A stretch of 64,000 bases of DNA, taken from assembly GCA_049512815.1 (NCBI GenBank), contig JBEKWS010000016.1, positions 52,249-116,248 of the forward strand, read 5' to 3'. Made by a program: the position numbers and the translations under genes. The notes under the pieces are model-generated. The model ran no database searches, was not told the DNA's origin, and saw only the letters and a list, made by a program, of their open reading frames with translations. This DNA is from Bacteroidales bacterium. Lineage in GTDB: Bacteria > Bacteroidota > Bacteroidia > Bacteroidales > VadinHA17. This document shows, one piece after another, positions 37,923-47,143 of the stretch (positions within the stretch are counted from its first letter, which is position 1; every line of letters begins with the position of its first letter).

Positions 37923-38942
37923 ATGAGAATCCGATTTATCTTTTTTTTGATTTTATTGGTAATCGCCGTGGCGACAACTTCATGTAAAAAGAATCATTAT
38001 AAAGTTAATACTTCATCCATCAAAGTAAACATTGAAATAAAGAGATTAGAGAAAGATCTTTTCACATTAAACCCCGATGAAGTTATACCAATGGTTCCTT
38101 CTATCAAAAAAAAATATGGCGGGTTTCTCCAGCTATTCAGCTACGTGATAAATACCGGCGATATTAATGAAACCTCATTTGGTGATTTCCTTCTGCGGTT
38201 TTGTTCAGATAAACAGAATAATGATGTCTTTGCGCTGACGATGAAGCGATATCCCGATGTAAAGACAATTGAAGAAGAACTTCAGGAAGCATTCCGGCAC
38301 TATCTATATTATTTCCCCGAAAGGAGAGTACCCGCTGTATTTTCTTGTATCACAGGATTTAATAACAGTATCATTACCGGAGATTCTTTGCTTGGAATCG
38401 GCCTTGACAGATATCTCGGGGCCGATTGTGAGTATTATCCCAGGCTTGAAATCTACAAATATATAGCTGCCAGGATGACTCCTGAGAATATTGTTCCTGA
38501 TTGTATGTATGGATGGGGCGCTTCGGAATGGGATTTTTCGACACTTAAATACCCTGATGACAACGTATTGGCAGAAATTATTCACAATGGCAAACTTAAA
38601 TATTTTGAAAAATGTATGTTGCCGGAAACCAGTGATGAAATAATTTTTGGTTTCACACCGGATCAGATGAAATTCTGCAGGAACAATGAAAGTCAGATGT
38701 GGCAGTATCTTATTGAAAACAATCTTATATTCAGCAGTGATCAGTTTATAATACGCAAAATCACCGGCGAAGCTCCTTTTACAAGTTATTTCTCTAAGGA
38801 ATCCCCTGGAAGGGCAGGCGTCTGGCTGGGTTTCAGAATTGTAGAATCATATATGATGAAGAACCCGGGAATAAAAATTGAGGAGATGATTAAAAATACG
38901 AATGTTCAGGGTATTCTGGAGAAAGCGAAATATAGCCCCTAA
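37923..38942 (+). CDS. gldB: GldB-like lipoprotein
   Basis: Lipobox TTSC; IGLDRYLG, GKLKYF, APFTSYF..ESPGRAGVWLGFRIV. Confidence 0.8.
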   Translation: MRIRFIFFLILLVIAVATTSCKKNHYKVNTSSIKVNIEIKRLEKDLFTLNPDEVIPMVPSIKKKYGGFLQLFSYVINTGDINETSFGDFLLRFCSDKQNNDVFALTMKRYPDVKTIEEELQEAFRHYLYYFPERRVPAVFSCITGFNNSIITGDSLLGIGLDRYLGADCEYYPRLEIYKYIAARMTPENIVPDCMYGWGASEWDFSTLKYPDDNVLAEIIHNGKLKYFEKCMLPETSDEIIFGFTPDQMKFCRNNESQMWQYLIENNLIFSSDQFIIRKITGEAPFTSYFSKESPGRAGVWLGFRIVESYMMKNPGIKIEEMIKNTNVQGILEKAKYSP

Positions 38943-38954
38943 TAAAAATGATCA

Positions 38955-38976
38955 GGGACATGCCATGGCATGTCCC
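38955..38976. repeat. Perfect 22-bp palindrome between convergent genes (REP-like or bidirectional terminator)
   Basis: GGGACATGCCATGGCATGTCCC. Confidence 0.75.
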
Positions 38977-39002
38977 CGGTTCAAATTTCTTGAATTGTAA
39001 TA

Positions 39003-39170
39003 CTATGCTGGATGAATAGCCTCAACAGGGCAAACATCAGCACATGCACCACAGTCAGTGCATACATCCGGATCAATTTTATAAATGTCACCCTCCGATA
39101 TTGCTTCAACAGGACATTCATCAATACATGTTCCGCAAGCAGTACAATCATCATTAATTTTGTAAGCCAT
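39003..39170 (-). CDS. 2[4Fe-4S] ferredoxin, 55 aa (absent from ORF track)
   Basis: MAYKINDDCTACGTCIDECPVEAISEGDIYKIDPDVCTDCGACADVCPVEAIHPA; two CxxCxxCxxxCP motifs; -7 box at 39209-39216. Confidence 0.95.
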   Translation of the reverse strand: MAYKINDDCTACGTCIDECPVEAISEGDIYKIDPDVCTDCGACADVCPVEAIHPA

Positions 39171-39277
39171 TTCGATTATTTTTTGATTAAATAATTACAA
39201 TAAGCGCACAAAATTACCTTAATTTTTTTAATCGAAAAAGAATCGTGATAAATATATCGATATTAGGTTCATAGGAA

Positions 39278-39399
39278 TTTCTCGTTTATCGTTCCTCGTT
39301 TCTCATAGTTGCCCGATTGCCTTCTGCGAGCCCGGCTTCGCCTCGGATCGCGTTTTATTATTGTCTTATAGGACTATAGAACCGTCACACCGTCGCACC
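39278..39399. repeat. Short-period repeats (7-mer x4, 8-mer x2) around a GC-rich hairpin fragment
   Basis: tttctcg tttatcg ttcctcg tttctca ... ggcttcgcc ... accgtcac accgtcgc acc. Confidence 0.55.
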
Positions 39400-39456
39400 T
39401 TCTGTCAGAATATTCTCTTTGATTCCGGTCAGTATAAAAGAAATTAAGTAAGCCAA

Positions 39457-42400
39457 TCAAAAATCGAGACTGAAGGACAGATAGAAAACTCTCGGTAGTA
39501 TATAGTTGTTCTCGATACCCCAGGCCCAATCAGTCCTGATAAAATAGCCAAAAATCTGAGCTCTGAGTCCTGCACCAAATCCTTCAACAATAGGGTCTCT
39601 GTTTGAATCAAGAGTAACCGATACCGGGCCATTGGTAAACTTTTCAGTATCGTAACCGTTTGTCCCCGACCACGGTGATTTTCCTGACCAGGCTGTTCCC
39701 ACATCACCGAATCCTACGATTTGCAGACTGTTGAGGAAACTGGATCGAAGAGGATGACCGGCAAAATACCTGACTATCGGCCATCTTAGTTCACTGTTAA
39801 TAAGGGCGAAACTATTTCCGTTTCTCACATTCTGGGAGAAACCCCTCATATCGGTCGCAAGAGCCTGGAATCCATAGTTTACATTCGGAGTGACTGGGAT
39901 TGAACTATCGAACATTGGATTTTTATTAAACAGATAGCCCATCCAATTATCAACACCACCAAGGTAATATAACAGCTTGGTAGGGCCAAATGATGTACTG
40001 GCTGCAAATCTGTTTGCCCAAATAAGGTCTCTGTGTATCTGTGTATATTTTCTAAAATCCACGCCTAGAACAATCATATCTGATTTTGTTCTTGTAAGCT
40101 CTTTATAATACTCGCCAAATATTTTAAACCTTGTGCCAAAGTAAATATTGACTGTTCTCTTTCGTGTATTATCATAAATGATTTCACCTTTAAAGCTTAC
40201 CCAGTGTTGTGAATAATTTTTGTAGTTGAGAGTTGCCATATCAGTAGCCAGATAAATATGCTGGTCATACCTGTATGAAAGAGTTCCTTTTAGTGCTAAA
40301 ACAGGAGTAATAGGCTTTGACAATGAGAAATATACGTTTTCAGTGTGTGTTTTGAAAAGGCTTGAATCGTCTGAACTGAAGTATGTCTCTCTATGGAATA
40401 TTAACTGCTTATCAAAGGTTCCCTTAAGGTTCTCAATACTAAGGAGATATTCATTACTGTCAAAATTCCCCGAGAATCTGAACCCTCCCGTGATCCGATA
40501 GTTCTCGAACAAATCGAGTGTCCCGAATCTGGTCAGAAGATTAACTCCCGGGTTAAAATATGGTGCTCCTCCGCTATAAACCTGGTACGAATTATTGAGA
40601 AAACTAAAATCAATCTGGGTAGCAATATAATTATTATAAAAAGATGTTTCATAAATTTTCATCAGAGGAAGGATAACATGGCCCGTATCAAGGTCGATAT
40701 CCATATATTTTTTCCGCCATAACTGATCATAGTAGTTTTGTTTCTCTTTTTCAAATATGTAATGATTTATGTCAATTGGCTCGTTCTTTATATAATACTC
40801 ATAGAGAGGTTTAGTGAGGGTGTCCCTTCTTTTTTTGTCTTCAGCAACAAGCCATTGTCTTAACTGTTCTATGCTGTCAGCTTTATGGAAATACTGATTT
40901 TTCTCGTTTCGGAATTTACTGTTCACCATCTCCCCGGCAGGAACAGGTTTTGATTCGCTCATGAGTCCTTTCCTTAATACATACCTCCTGTTGTTGAAAA
41001 GCATCTCACCATATAAACCAGTCCCGTTCACAATGGATTGGTTTATAATGTTCCTGTCATAATTAGTAGCCGGCTGTGAATTAATGTAATATCTGTAGTG
41101 AGCAATCGTGTCAATAAAGCTAATTGAACTGTCGAATTTTGCTGTATACCTGTTAAATATCCCGTTTTGGTTACCTATATATGTAAATTTATTTTTTTCA
41201 ATTTCGACTGGTTGAAACCTGTCGGTATATTTACCTTCCGGTAGTCTTAACAGGATATTGTTTTTTCGTGTTAAGTTATAAGTAAAGAGATCGAATGTTT
41301 GTGATAATTTTTCAAATGGATTTGCTGTATTTGTCAGAGTATCAGATAATCTGTTTGATGAGAAAATGATTTCGTCTGAGGAACCCTTGAGGAATGAAGG
41401 ATTAAGATCATCTGCAACATCCCTGGTGATCTGTTCATTAGTCCCGGAGGCAATTGTATGAATGTATATATCTGTTATTCCATCTTTTACAGCAGAAAAG
41501 ACAAGGCGAGATCCTTCGGGAGAATATGAAAAATCGAGAACCTTATCAAAATAAAGAAGATTCCTTTTTTCGGTTGTTTTTTCATTGACCCTGTAAAAAT
41601 ACATTACCAGGTCAGCTTTTTGATCATTTATAAAAGTCAGGATTTTACCACTTGGGTGCCATGCAATTACAGGGTAAGTATTATCGGTAACCTGTTCGAA
41701 TCGTGGTTCCTTCCTGAAAATTATTTTTCTCTTGCCTGTTGCCTGGTTGTAAAGCCAGATTCGCTTTCGTCCCCAATCGTTAGTTACATAAGCGATATAT
41801 TCACCTCCAGGACTGACTTTTACCTGCTGGTAGATCTGTTCCTTTTTTGATTTTCTGATAGTGTTCCCGTCATCAGCAGGAAGTCTTTTATCACCCGAAT
41901 ACTCCTCAATGTAGTACTTTTGCCATTCCTTCAGAAGATCTTTTAAATTCTGTCCTATAACATAGAGGAAACCATCATTAACGTTTTTATAGATTTTTGT
42001 CAGATAGATAATGTTTGGAATGATTGAGTTGCCATATTTTTTGCCTATGAATCTCCAGAATGACTGACCCGCTTCTGTTGCATCATCGTATTCAAGATGG
42101 CTAATTTTTTTGTATTTGCCAGACTTGAAACCATCCTTAACCCTGTTTTCAGCCTCATAATCCCAACCATCTCCTACATAACGAACAAGCCCTTTTATAT
42201 ACCAGTCTGGCAAATATATCAATGAAGAGCTTGATATTCTGTCTTTTACATCGGCATTATATAACATTTCATTGATTATCACCTCGGTAATAGAAGCTGC
42301 AATCTGTCGTTGAAAAGCCTCATGGTCGCCTTCATAATAAAGCATTACTTTATTTTTAATAATCCTGTTGAATCCGCCTGTGTTATAACTATCATCGTCA

Positions 42401-42747
42401 AAAGTAACAAGGCCTATATTAGATTGTTTGTAATCAGAATTTTTATTGTAGATGATGAACATAATCCTTTTCTCGAGTATGTAATCGAAAAGATCCTCAA
42501 TTTCTGCAAGCTTCTTCATGGCATAATTGGCGGTAAACTGAGCCAGATCGCGGCCATATTCATTAAAGTAGCAATCAAAATTGTCGAACCGGTAGAATTG
42601 CCAGTAGAAATCGTAGTACTGAACTCTGTTTTTGCCAAAAGACATCTGATGTCCATTATAAAACTGGCCCTGTGCATTTAAATAAATAACGCATGCTATA
42701 AGGATGATAATCAGTTTTTTAATATTTCTCTTTTCCAAGGCTTTCAT
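39457..42747 (-). CDS. Large outer-membrane protein: peptidase-like domain + PD40/TolB-like propeller + Omp85-like barrel
   Basis: FGKNRVQY, SPGG/SPEGSRLVFS repeats, NSELRWP, FGDVGTAW, GFGAGLR, C-terminal FSLDF; -7 box at 42804-42811. Confidence 0.75.
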   Translation of the reverse strand: MKALEKRNIKKLIIILIACVIYLNAQGQFYNGHQMSFGKNRVQYYDFYWQFYRFDNFDCYFNEYGRDLAQFTANYAMKKLAEIEDLFDYILEKRIMFIIYNKNSDYKQSNIGLVTFDDDSYNTGGFNRIIKNKVMLYYEGDHEAFQRQIAASITEVIINEMLYNADVKDRISSSSLIYLPDWYIKGLVRYVGDGWDYEAENRVKDGFKSGKYKKISHLEYDDATEAGQSFWRFIGKKYGNSIIPNIIYLTKIYKNVNDGFLYVIGQNLKDLLKEWQKYYIEEYSGDKRLPADDGNTIRKSKKEQIYQQVKVSPGGEYIAYVTNDWGRKRIWLYNQATGKRKIIFRKEPRFEQVTDNTYPVIAWHPSGKILTFINDQKADLVMYFYRVNEKTTEKRNLLYFDKVLDFSYSPEGSRLVFSAVKDGITDIYIHTIASGTNEQITRDVADDLNPSFLKGSSDEIIFSSNRLSDTLTNTANPFEKLSQTFDLFTYNLTRKNNILLRLPEGKYTDRFQPVEIEKNKFTYIGNQNGIFNRYTAKFDSSISFIDTIAHYRYYINSQPATNYDRNIINQSIVNGTGLYGEMLFNNRRYVLRKGLMSESKPVPAGEMVNSKFRNEKNQYFHKADSIEQLRQWLVAEDKKRRDTLTKPLYEYYIKNEPIDINHYIFEKEKQNYYDQLWRKKYMDIDLDTGHVILPLMKIYETSFYNNYIATQIDFSFLNNSYQVYSGGAPYFNPGVNLLTRFGTLDLFENYRITGGFRFSGNFDSNEYLLSIENLKGTFDKQLIFHRETYFSSDDSSLFKTHTENVYFSLSKPITPVLALKGTLSYRYDQHIYLATDMATLNYKNYSQHWVSFKGEIIYDNTRKRTVNIYFGTRFKIFGEYYKELTRTKSDMIVLGVDFRKYTQIHRDLIWANRFAASTSFGPTKLLYYLGGVDNWMGYLFNKNPMFDSSIPVTPNVNYGFQALATDMRGFSQNVRNGNSFALINSELRWPIVRYFAGHPLRSSFLNSLQIVGFGDVGTAWSGKSPWSGTNGYDTEKFTNGPVSVTLDSNRDPIVEGFGAGLRAQIFGYFIRTDWAWGIENNYILPRVFYLSFSLDF

Positions 42748-42962
42748 AGAATAACCGGATTTTACATTAACAAATTTTGTTCCAAAGAATCCGGCTTATG
42801 CAGCAAAACTAATGATAATCTGTTTTAAACTATCTTAAAATCTTAAACTTTATTATTTTTACATAAATTTATCCTGATTCAATTTTCCGGCCTGATTTTT
42901 GAAGTGTGCCATACAATTAAAACATGTCCGGAATTGTCATATGTAAGGAATTTGAATTTTTA

Positions 42963-42970
42963 TATATTTG
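42963..42970 (+). promoter_or_regulatory. -7 promoter element upstream of DUF1573-meaB
   Basis: TATATTTG. Confidence 0.55.
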
Positions 42971-43018
42971 TAAAAAACTAAATGGTAATTCTTCAAAATA
43001 CTAAAATCAAAAATTGAT

Positions 43019-44125
43019 ATGAAACGATTATTCTTATTTATTTCTCTGCTGATTCTCGGAATTATGGCAAAATCGCAGGTAGCAATCACAAAAATGCAAC
43101 TATCTGCTACCGAGCACGATTTTGGAACCTTCAAAGAAGAGGCCGGGAGACAGACCTTTGATTTTATTGTGACCAATACGGGTACTGAACCGTTGGTAAT
43201 ACAAAACGTAGTGGCATCATGCGGTTGTACAACTCCCGAGTGGACAAAACAACCGATTCCGATAGGAGCAACTGGCAAGGTTACAGCAATTTACGATCCA
43301 AAAAACAGGCCAGGTCCGTTCAATAAGACACTTTCTGTATATGCCAATACAAAACCGGAAGTTGTTGTTCTTGTAATTAAAGGGGAGGTTACACCTCATG
43401 AAAAAACTGTAGAAGAGTTATTTACCTTTCCGGTTGATAGTAGTGGAATAAGGTTCGAGAGCAATCATATGGCTTTTACGAATGTTAAAAAGACAGAGAA
43501 AAAGATCAGAGTTATGCAACTGATTAATACTTCTGCAACACCTGTAAAAGTTGAATTTGATGGTTTGCCTGCGCATCTTACTCTGAAAGCTAATCCGGAA
43601 ACCCTTAAGCCGGGGCAGAAAGGAATGGTTGAGGGTACTTATGATGCAACAAAAAATGCAGGATGGGGAAATATGAGCGATATGATAAAAATAAAACTTA
43701 ATGGTGTAGCTCGTGAAAATGTATATTATTACGTATCGGCAAACCTTGTAGAGGATTTTTCTTCATTGTCAAAAGAAGAACTGGAAAATGCTCCGGTATT
43801 TAAAGTTGAATCAACAACTGTTGACCTTGGTAAAATAAAGGGCTCAACGCAAAACGAAGTTCAGTTCAAATTTACAAATATAGGCAAAAGTGACCTGATG
43901 ATCAAGTTTATACGGTCTACATGTGGTTGCACAGCTGTCCAACAGGGAAATCAGAACGTTGGTATTAAACCAGGTGAGTCCAGTACTATCAAAGCAGTAT
44001 TTAATTCGGGTAGTTATATTGGAAAAGTTACAAAGGCAATCTATGTTTATACAAACGATCCAAAAAATTCGGAGGTCGTGCTTATGCTCAATGCCGATGT
44101 TGAACAACCAGCCCCGGTAAAATAG
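43019..44125 (+). CDS. DUF1573 domain exported protein
   Basis: HDFG, two Ig-like repeats with SCGCT/TCGCT motifs. Confidence 0.88.
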   Translation: MKRLFLFISLLILGIMAKSQVAITKMQLSATEHDFGTFKEEAGRQTFDFIVTNTGTEPLVIQNVVASCGCTTPEWTKQPIPIGATGKVTAIYDPKNRPGPFNKTLSVYANTKPEVVVLVIKGEVTPHEKTVEELFTFPVDSSGIRFESNHMAFTNVKKTEKKIRVMQLINTSATPVKVEFDGLPAHLTLKANPETLKPGQKGMVEGTYDATKNAGWGNMSDMIKIKLNGVARENVYYYVSANLVEDFSSLSKEELENAPVFKVESTTVDLGKIKGSTQNEVQFKFTNIGKSDLMIKFIRSTCGCTAVQQGNQNVGIKPGESSTIKAVFNSGSYIGKVTKAIYVYTNDPKNSEVVLMLNADVEQPAPVK

Positions 44126-44128
44126 TTA

Positions 44129-45226
44129 ATGGATAAGAAAAGAGAGTTTAAAAGATCACTAAAGGTACATCAAGGGATTCCTCAGCCACCGAGTATTAAT
44201 CCTGACGTTCTGCTAAAATCCGGGAGAAAGAGACGTAAGAAATATTCAGCAGATGAGTTCGTTTCAGGTATTCTTGCAGGGAACCGGACAATTTTAAGCC
44301 AGGCTATTACATTGGTAGAAAGTTCATTGCCTGCACATCATGAAACGGCTCAATATATCATCGAGAAATGTCTTCCTTTTAGTTCAAAATCAATCAGGAT
44401 TGGAATAACAGGTGTTCCCGGAGTTGGGAAGAGCACCTTCATTGAGACCTTTGGATTGTATATTACCCGGGAAGGGCGAAAACTTGCAGTTTTGACTGTT
44501 GACCCCAGCAGCGAACTGACTAAAGGAAGTATTCTTGGTGACAAAACAAGAATGGAACAACTCAGCATTCATCCGGGAGCTTTTATAAGACCATCTCCTG
44601 CTGCAGGTACACTTGGAGGTGTTGCCAGGAAAACCAGAGAGACAATAATAATTTGTGAAGCAGCAGGTTTCGATACAATACTGGTTGAGACGGTTGGTGT
44701 CGGACAATCAGAAACAACGGTCCACTCAATGGTCGATTTTTTTCTTCTTCTGATACTTACCGGTGCCGGCGATGAGCTTCAGGGAATTAAACGGGGAATT
44801 GTGGAGATAGCAGATTTAATTGCAATTACAAAAGCCGATGGGGCCAATAAATTGGTCGCGGAGAACACCCGTATTTCATATCAGAATGCTCTTCACCTCT
44901 TCCCGAAAAAATCATCGGGATGGGAGCCTAAGGTACGTGCATGCTCGGCATTAACAAATGCAGGAATAAAAGAACTCTGGGAAATAATCATGAGTTACTT
45001 TGCCTTTACAAAAAAATCAGGATATTTTGAGACATTCCGAAGGGAACAGGAAGTTATCAGAATGCATAATACAGTTTTTGAGTATTTGAAAAACTCGTTT
45101 TATAATCACGATGGGGTAAAATCGCTGATTCCTGAGATCGAAAGGCAATTGCACATAGGAACTATAACCTCATATAAGGCAGCCTTAAATTTGCTTGACA
45201 AATATTTCAAAAGGCGAATTGAATAA
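44129..45226 (+). CDS. meaB: Methylmalonyl-CoA mutase-associated GTPase
   Basis: GVPGVGKST, VDPSS, GDKTRM, ETVGVGQSE, KADG. Confidence 0.93.
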   Translation: MDKKREFKRSLKVHQGIPQPPSINPDVLLKSGRKRRKKYSADEFVSGILAGNRTILSQAITLVESSLPAHHETAQYIIEKCLPFSSKSIRIGITGVPGVGKSTFIETFGLYITREGRKLAVLTVDPSSELTKGSILGDKTRMEQLSIHPGAFIRPSPAAGTLGGVARKTRETIIICEAAGFDTILVETVGVGQSETTVHSMVDFFLLLILTGAGDELQGIKRGIVEIADLIAITKADGANKLVAENTRISYQNALHLFPKKSSGWEPKVRACSALTNAGIKELWEIIMSYFAFTKKSGYFETFRREQEVIRMHNTVFEYLKNSFYNHDGVKSLIPEIERQLHIGTITSYKAALNLLDKYFKRRIE

Positions 45227-45292
45227 ACATTTATTCATATCTTTGCCAACTCAAGGCAAGTTTAATCAGTTCCAAATTCAAAACTATTGAAT

Positions 45293-46399
45293 ATGAAAAA
45301 GATCATTTACATGTTTGTTATCGGTATAATAATGTCTTCATGCTCTTCAAAACCTCATTATGTTATTAAAGGGAAAATTACCGGATCCGACAGTATTACA
45401 TTTTATCTTCAGAAAAGAGAGGCTGGCAAGACAATTTCTATTGATTCTGCAGTTTCCAGAAAAGGCTCATTTACTATGAAAGGCGGAGCAATTGATTATC
45501 CTCAATTGATCCAGTTTGTTGCCGGGAATACAAGGAGAAGGACATCTTTTTACCTTGAGAACTCGGAGATAACTATAAATGGAAGCCTCGATTCACTATT
45601 TAAAGCAAAGATTTCCGGCTCTAAAACACAGGATGAATATCAGGCTCTCATTGACTCAAATAAACCATTGAGTGATATATATTCAAAAACCGTTATCAAA
45701 TACCAGGCTGCGAGTCAGGCCGGTAATGCTGCAACTGTTGCATTACTTGAAAAGCAGCTCGATTCTATTCAGACTGAGATGACAAATCTTCAGAAAAAAT
45801 TTGTTAAAACTAAACCGGCCTCTTATGTTTCTCCTTCAATTCTGGTAAGTCTTAGTTATGATATGGAAGCAGATGAGATCGAATCGATGATTAATGGACT
45901 GGATACTTCAATTGCCGCGCTACCGGAGATAAAAAGCCTGAAAGAGAGAGTCGCTGTTATGGAAACTGTTGCTATCGGTCAGAAAGCACCAGATTTTACT
46001 CTGAATGATGTTAATGGCAACCCGGTTGCTCTTTCATCAAAGATTGGCTCTAAGTTACTGCTGATCGACTTCTGGGCAGCCTGGTGCAATCCATGCCGCC
46101 AGGAAAACCCGAACGTGGTAAAGGTTTATAATGAATTTCACAAGAAAGGATTTGATGTATTCGGAGTTTCTCTTGACAACACAAAAGAAGCCTGGGTTAA
46201 GGCAATTGCTGATGACAAACTTACCTGGACACATGTTTCAGATCTTCAACGCGGGAATAGTGCAGCTGCTAAATTGTACTCAGTGAATTTAATCCCGGCT
46301 AACTTTCTCCTTGATGAAACGGGGAAAATAATTGCCAAGAACCTGCGGGGTGAAGCTTTATATAATAAAGTAAATGAGATTCTTGGCGCTAAGAAATAA
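45293..46399 (+). CDS. TlpA/AhpC-TSA family thiol-disulfide lipoprotein (DUF4369 N-domain)
   Basis: Lipobox MSSC, APDFTL, DFWAAWCNPCR; -7 box at 45238-45245. Confidence 0.9.
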   Translation: MKKIIYMFVIGIIMSSCSSKPHYVIKGKITGSDSITFYLQKREAGKTISIDSAVSRKGSFTMKGGAIDYPQLIQFVAGNTRRRTSFYLENSEITINGSLDSLFKAKISGSKTQDEYQALIDSNKPLSDIYSKTVIKYQAASQAGNAATVALLEKQLDSIQTEMTNLQKKFVKTKPASYVSPSILVSLSYDMEADEIESMINGLDTSIAALPEIKSLKERVAVMETVAIGQKAPDFTLNDVNGNPVALSSKIGSKLLLIDFWAAWCNPCRQENPNVVKVYNEFHKKGFDVFGVSLDNTKEAWVKAIADDKLTWTHVSDLQRGNSAAAKLYSVNLIPANFLLDETGKIIAKNLRGEALYNKVNEILGAKK

Positions 46400-46447
46400 A
46401 GAGGAGTGAGGAGTGAGAAAATCCGAATGCCTCACACCTCACACCTG
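46400..46447. repeat. Inverted 7-mer repeats between convergent genes (possible terminator)
   Basis: gaggagt gaggagt gag ... cctcaca cctcaca cct. Confidence 0.65.
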
Positions 46448-46449
46448 TT

Positions 46450-47130
46450 TTATTCTTCTTTCTTTATCTCCTCAAGTATAAACCCTGTACCCCTTACGGT
46501 GCGAATATCAATATTGTGATCCTCCGAAACATATTTTCTTAACCTGCTGATAAAGACATCCATGCTTCTTCCAAGAAAGTAATCATCTTCGCCCCATATC
46601 TCTGTCAGAATATCTTCTCTTGCAAGTATTTTATTCTTGTTAATAATGAAATACTTCAGTAATTGTGCCTCTTTAAGTGTAAGCTTTTCTTTTTTATTTC
46701 CACATATCAGCTCAAGTGTATTATATTTTAGTACAGTCTCCGATACTTTAAATTCATCAATCGTTGAAGAGTATGCCCGTTTCAGGATGTTATTTATGCG
46801 CAGAATGAGAACTTCAGGATCGAAAGGTTTTGTTATATAATCATCTGCCCCTATCTTAAGGCCTCTTACAATATCTTCCTTTAGACTTTTTGCTGTAAGG
46901 AATATTACCGGGACATCAGGGTGTACCTCTTTTACTTTTTCGGCAAGGGTGAAGCCGTCCATTTCAGGCATCATCACATCAAAGACACAAATATCAGGTT
47001 TGTCCTGGTTAAACAATTCCCATGCTTCTTTGCCATCCCGGCCGAGGGTTACTTCAAAACCGCTAATCGTAATATATTGAGTCAGTATATTTCCAAAATC
47101 CCTGTCATCTTCAGCAATTAGAACTTTCAT
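46450..47130 (-). CDS. OmpR-family response regulator (RprY-like)
   Basis: AEDD, DVMMPEMDG, FLTAK, DYITKPF, DYFLGRSMDVFISRLRK. Confidence 0.93.
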   Translation of the reverse strand: MKVLIAEDDRDFGNILTQYITISGFEVTLGRDGKEAWELFNQDKPDICVFDVMMPEMDGFTLAEKVKEVHPDVPVIFLTAKSLKEDIVRGLKIGADDYITKPFDPEVLILRINNILKRAYSSTIDEFKVSETVLKYNTLELICGNKKEKLTLKEAQLLKYFIINKNKILAREDILTEIWGEDDYFLGRSMDVFISRLRKYVSEDHNIDIRTVRGTGFILEEIKKEE

Positions 47131-47143
47131 ATGAAGAATGTTA

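Noticed and set aside
39012-39194. 60-aa plus-strand ORF
   Set aside because: Antisense to the clear ferredoxin gene at 39003-39170.
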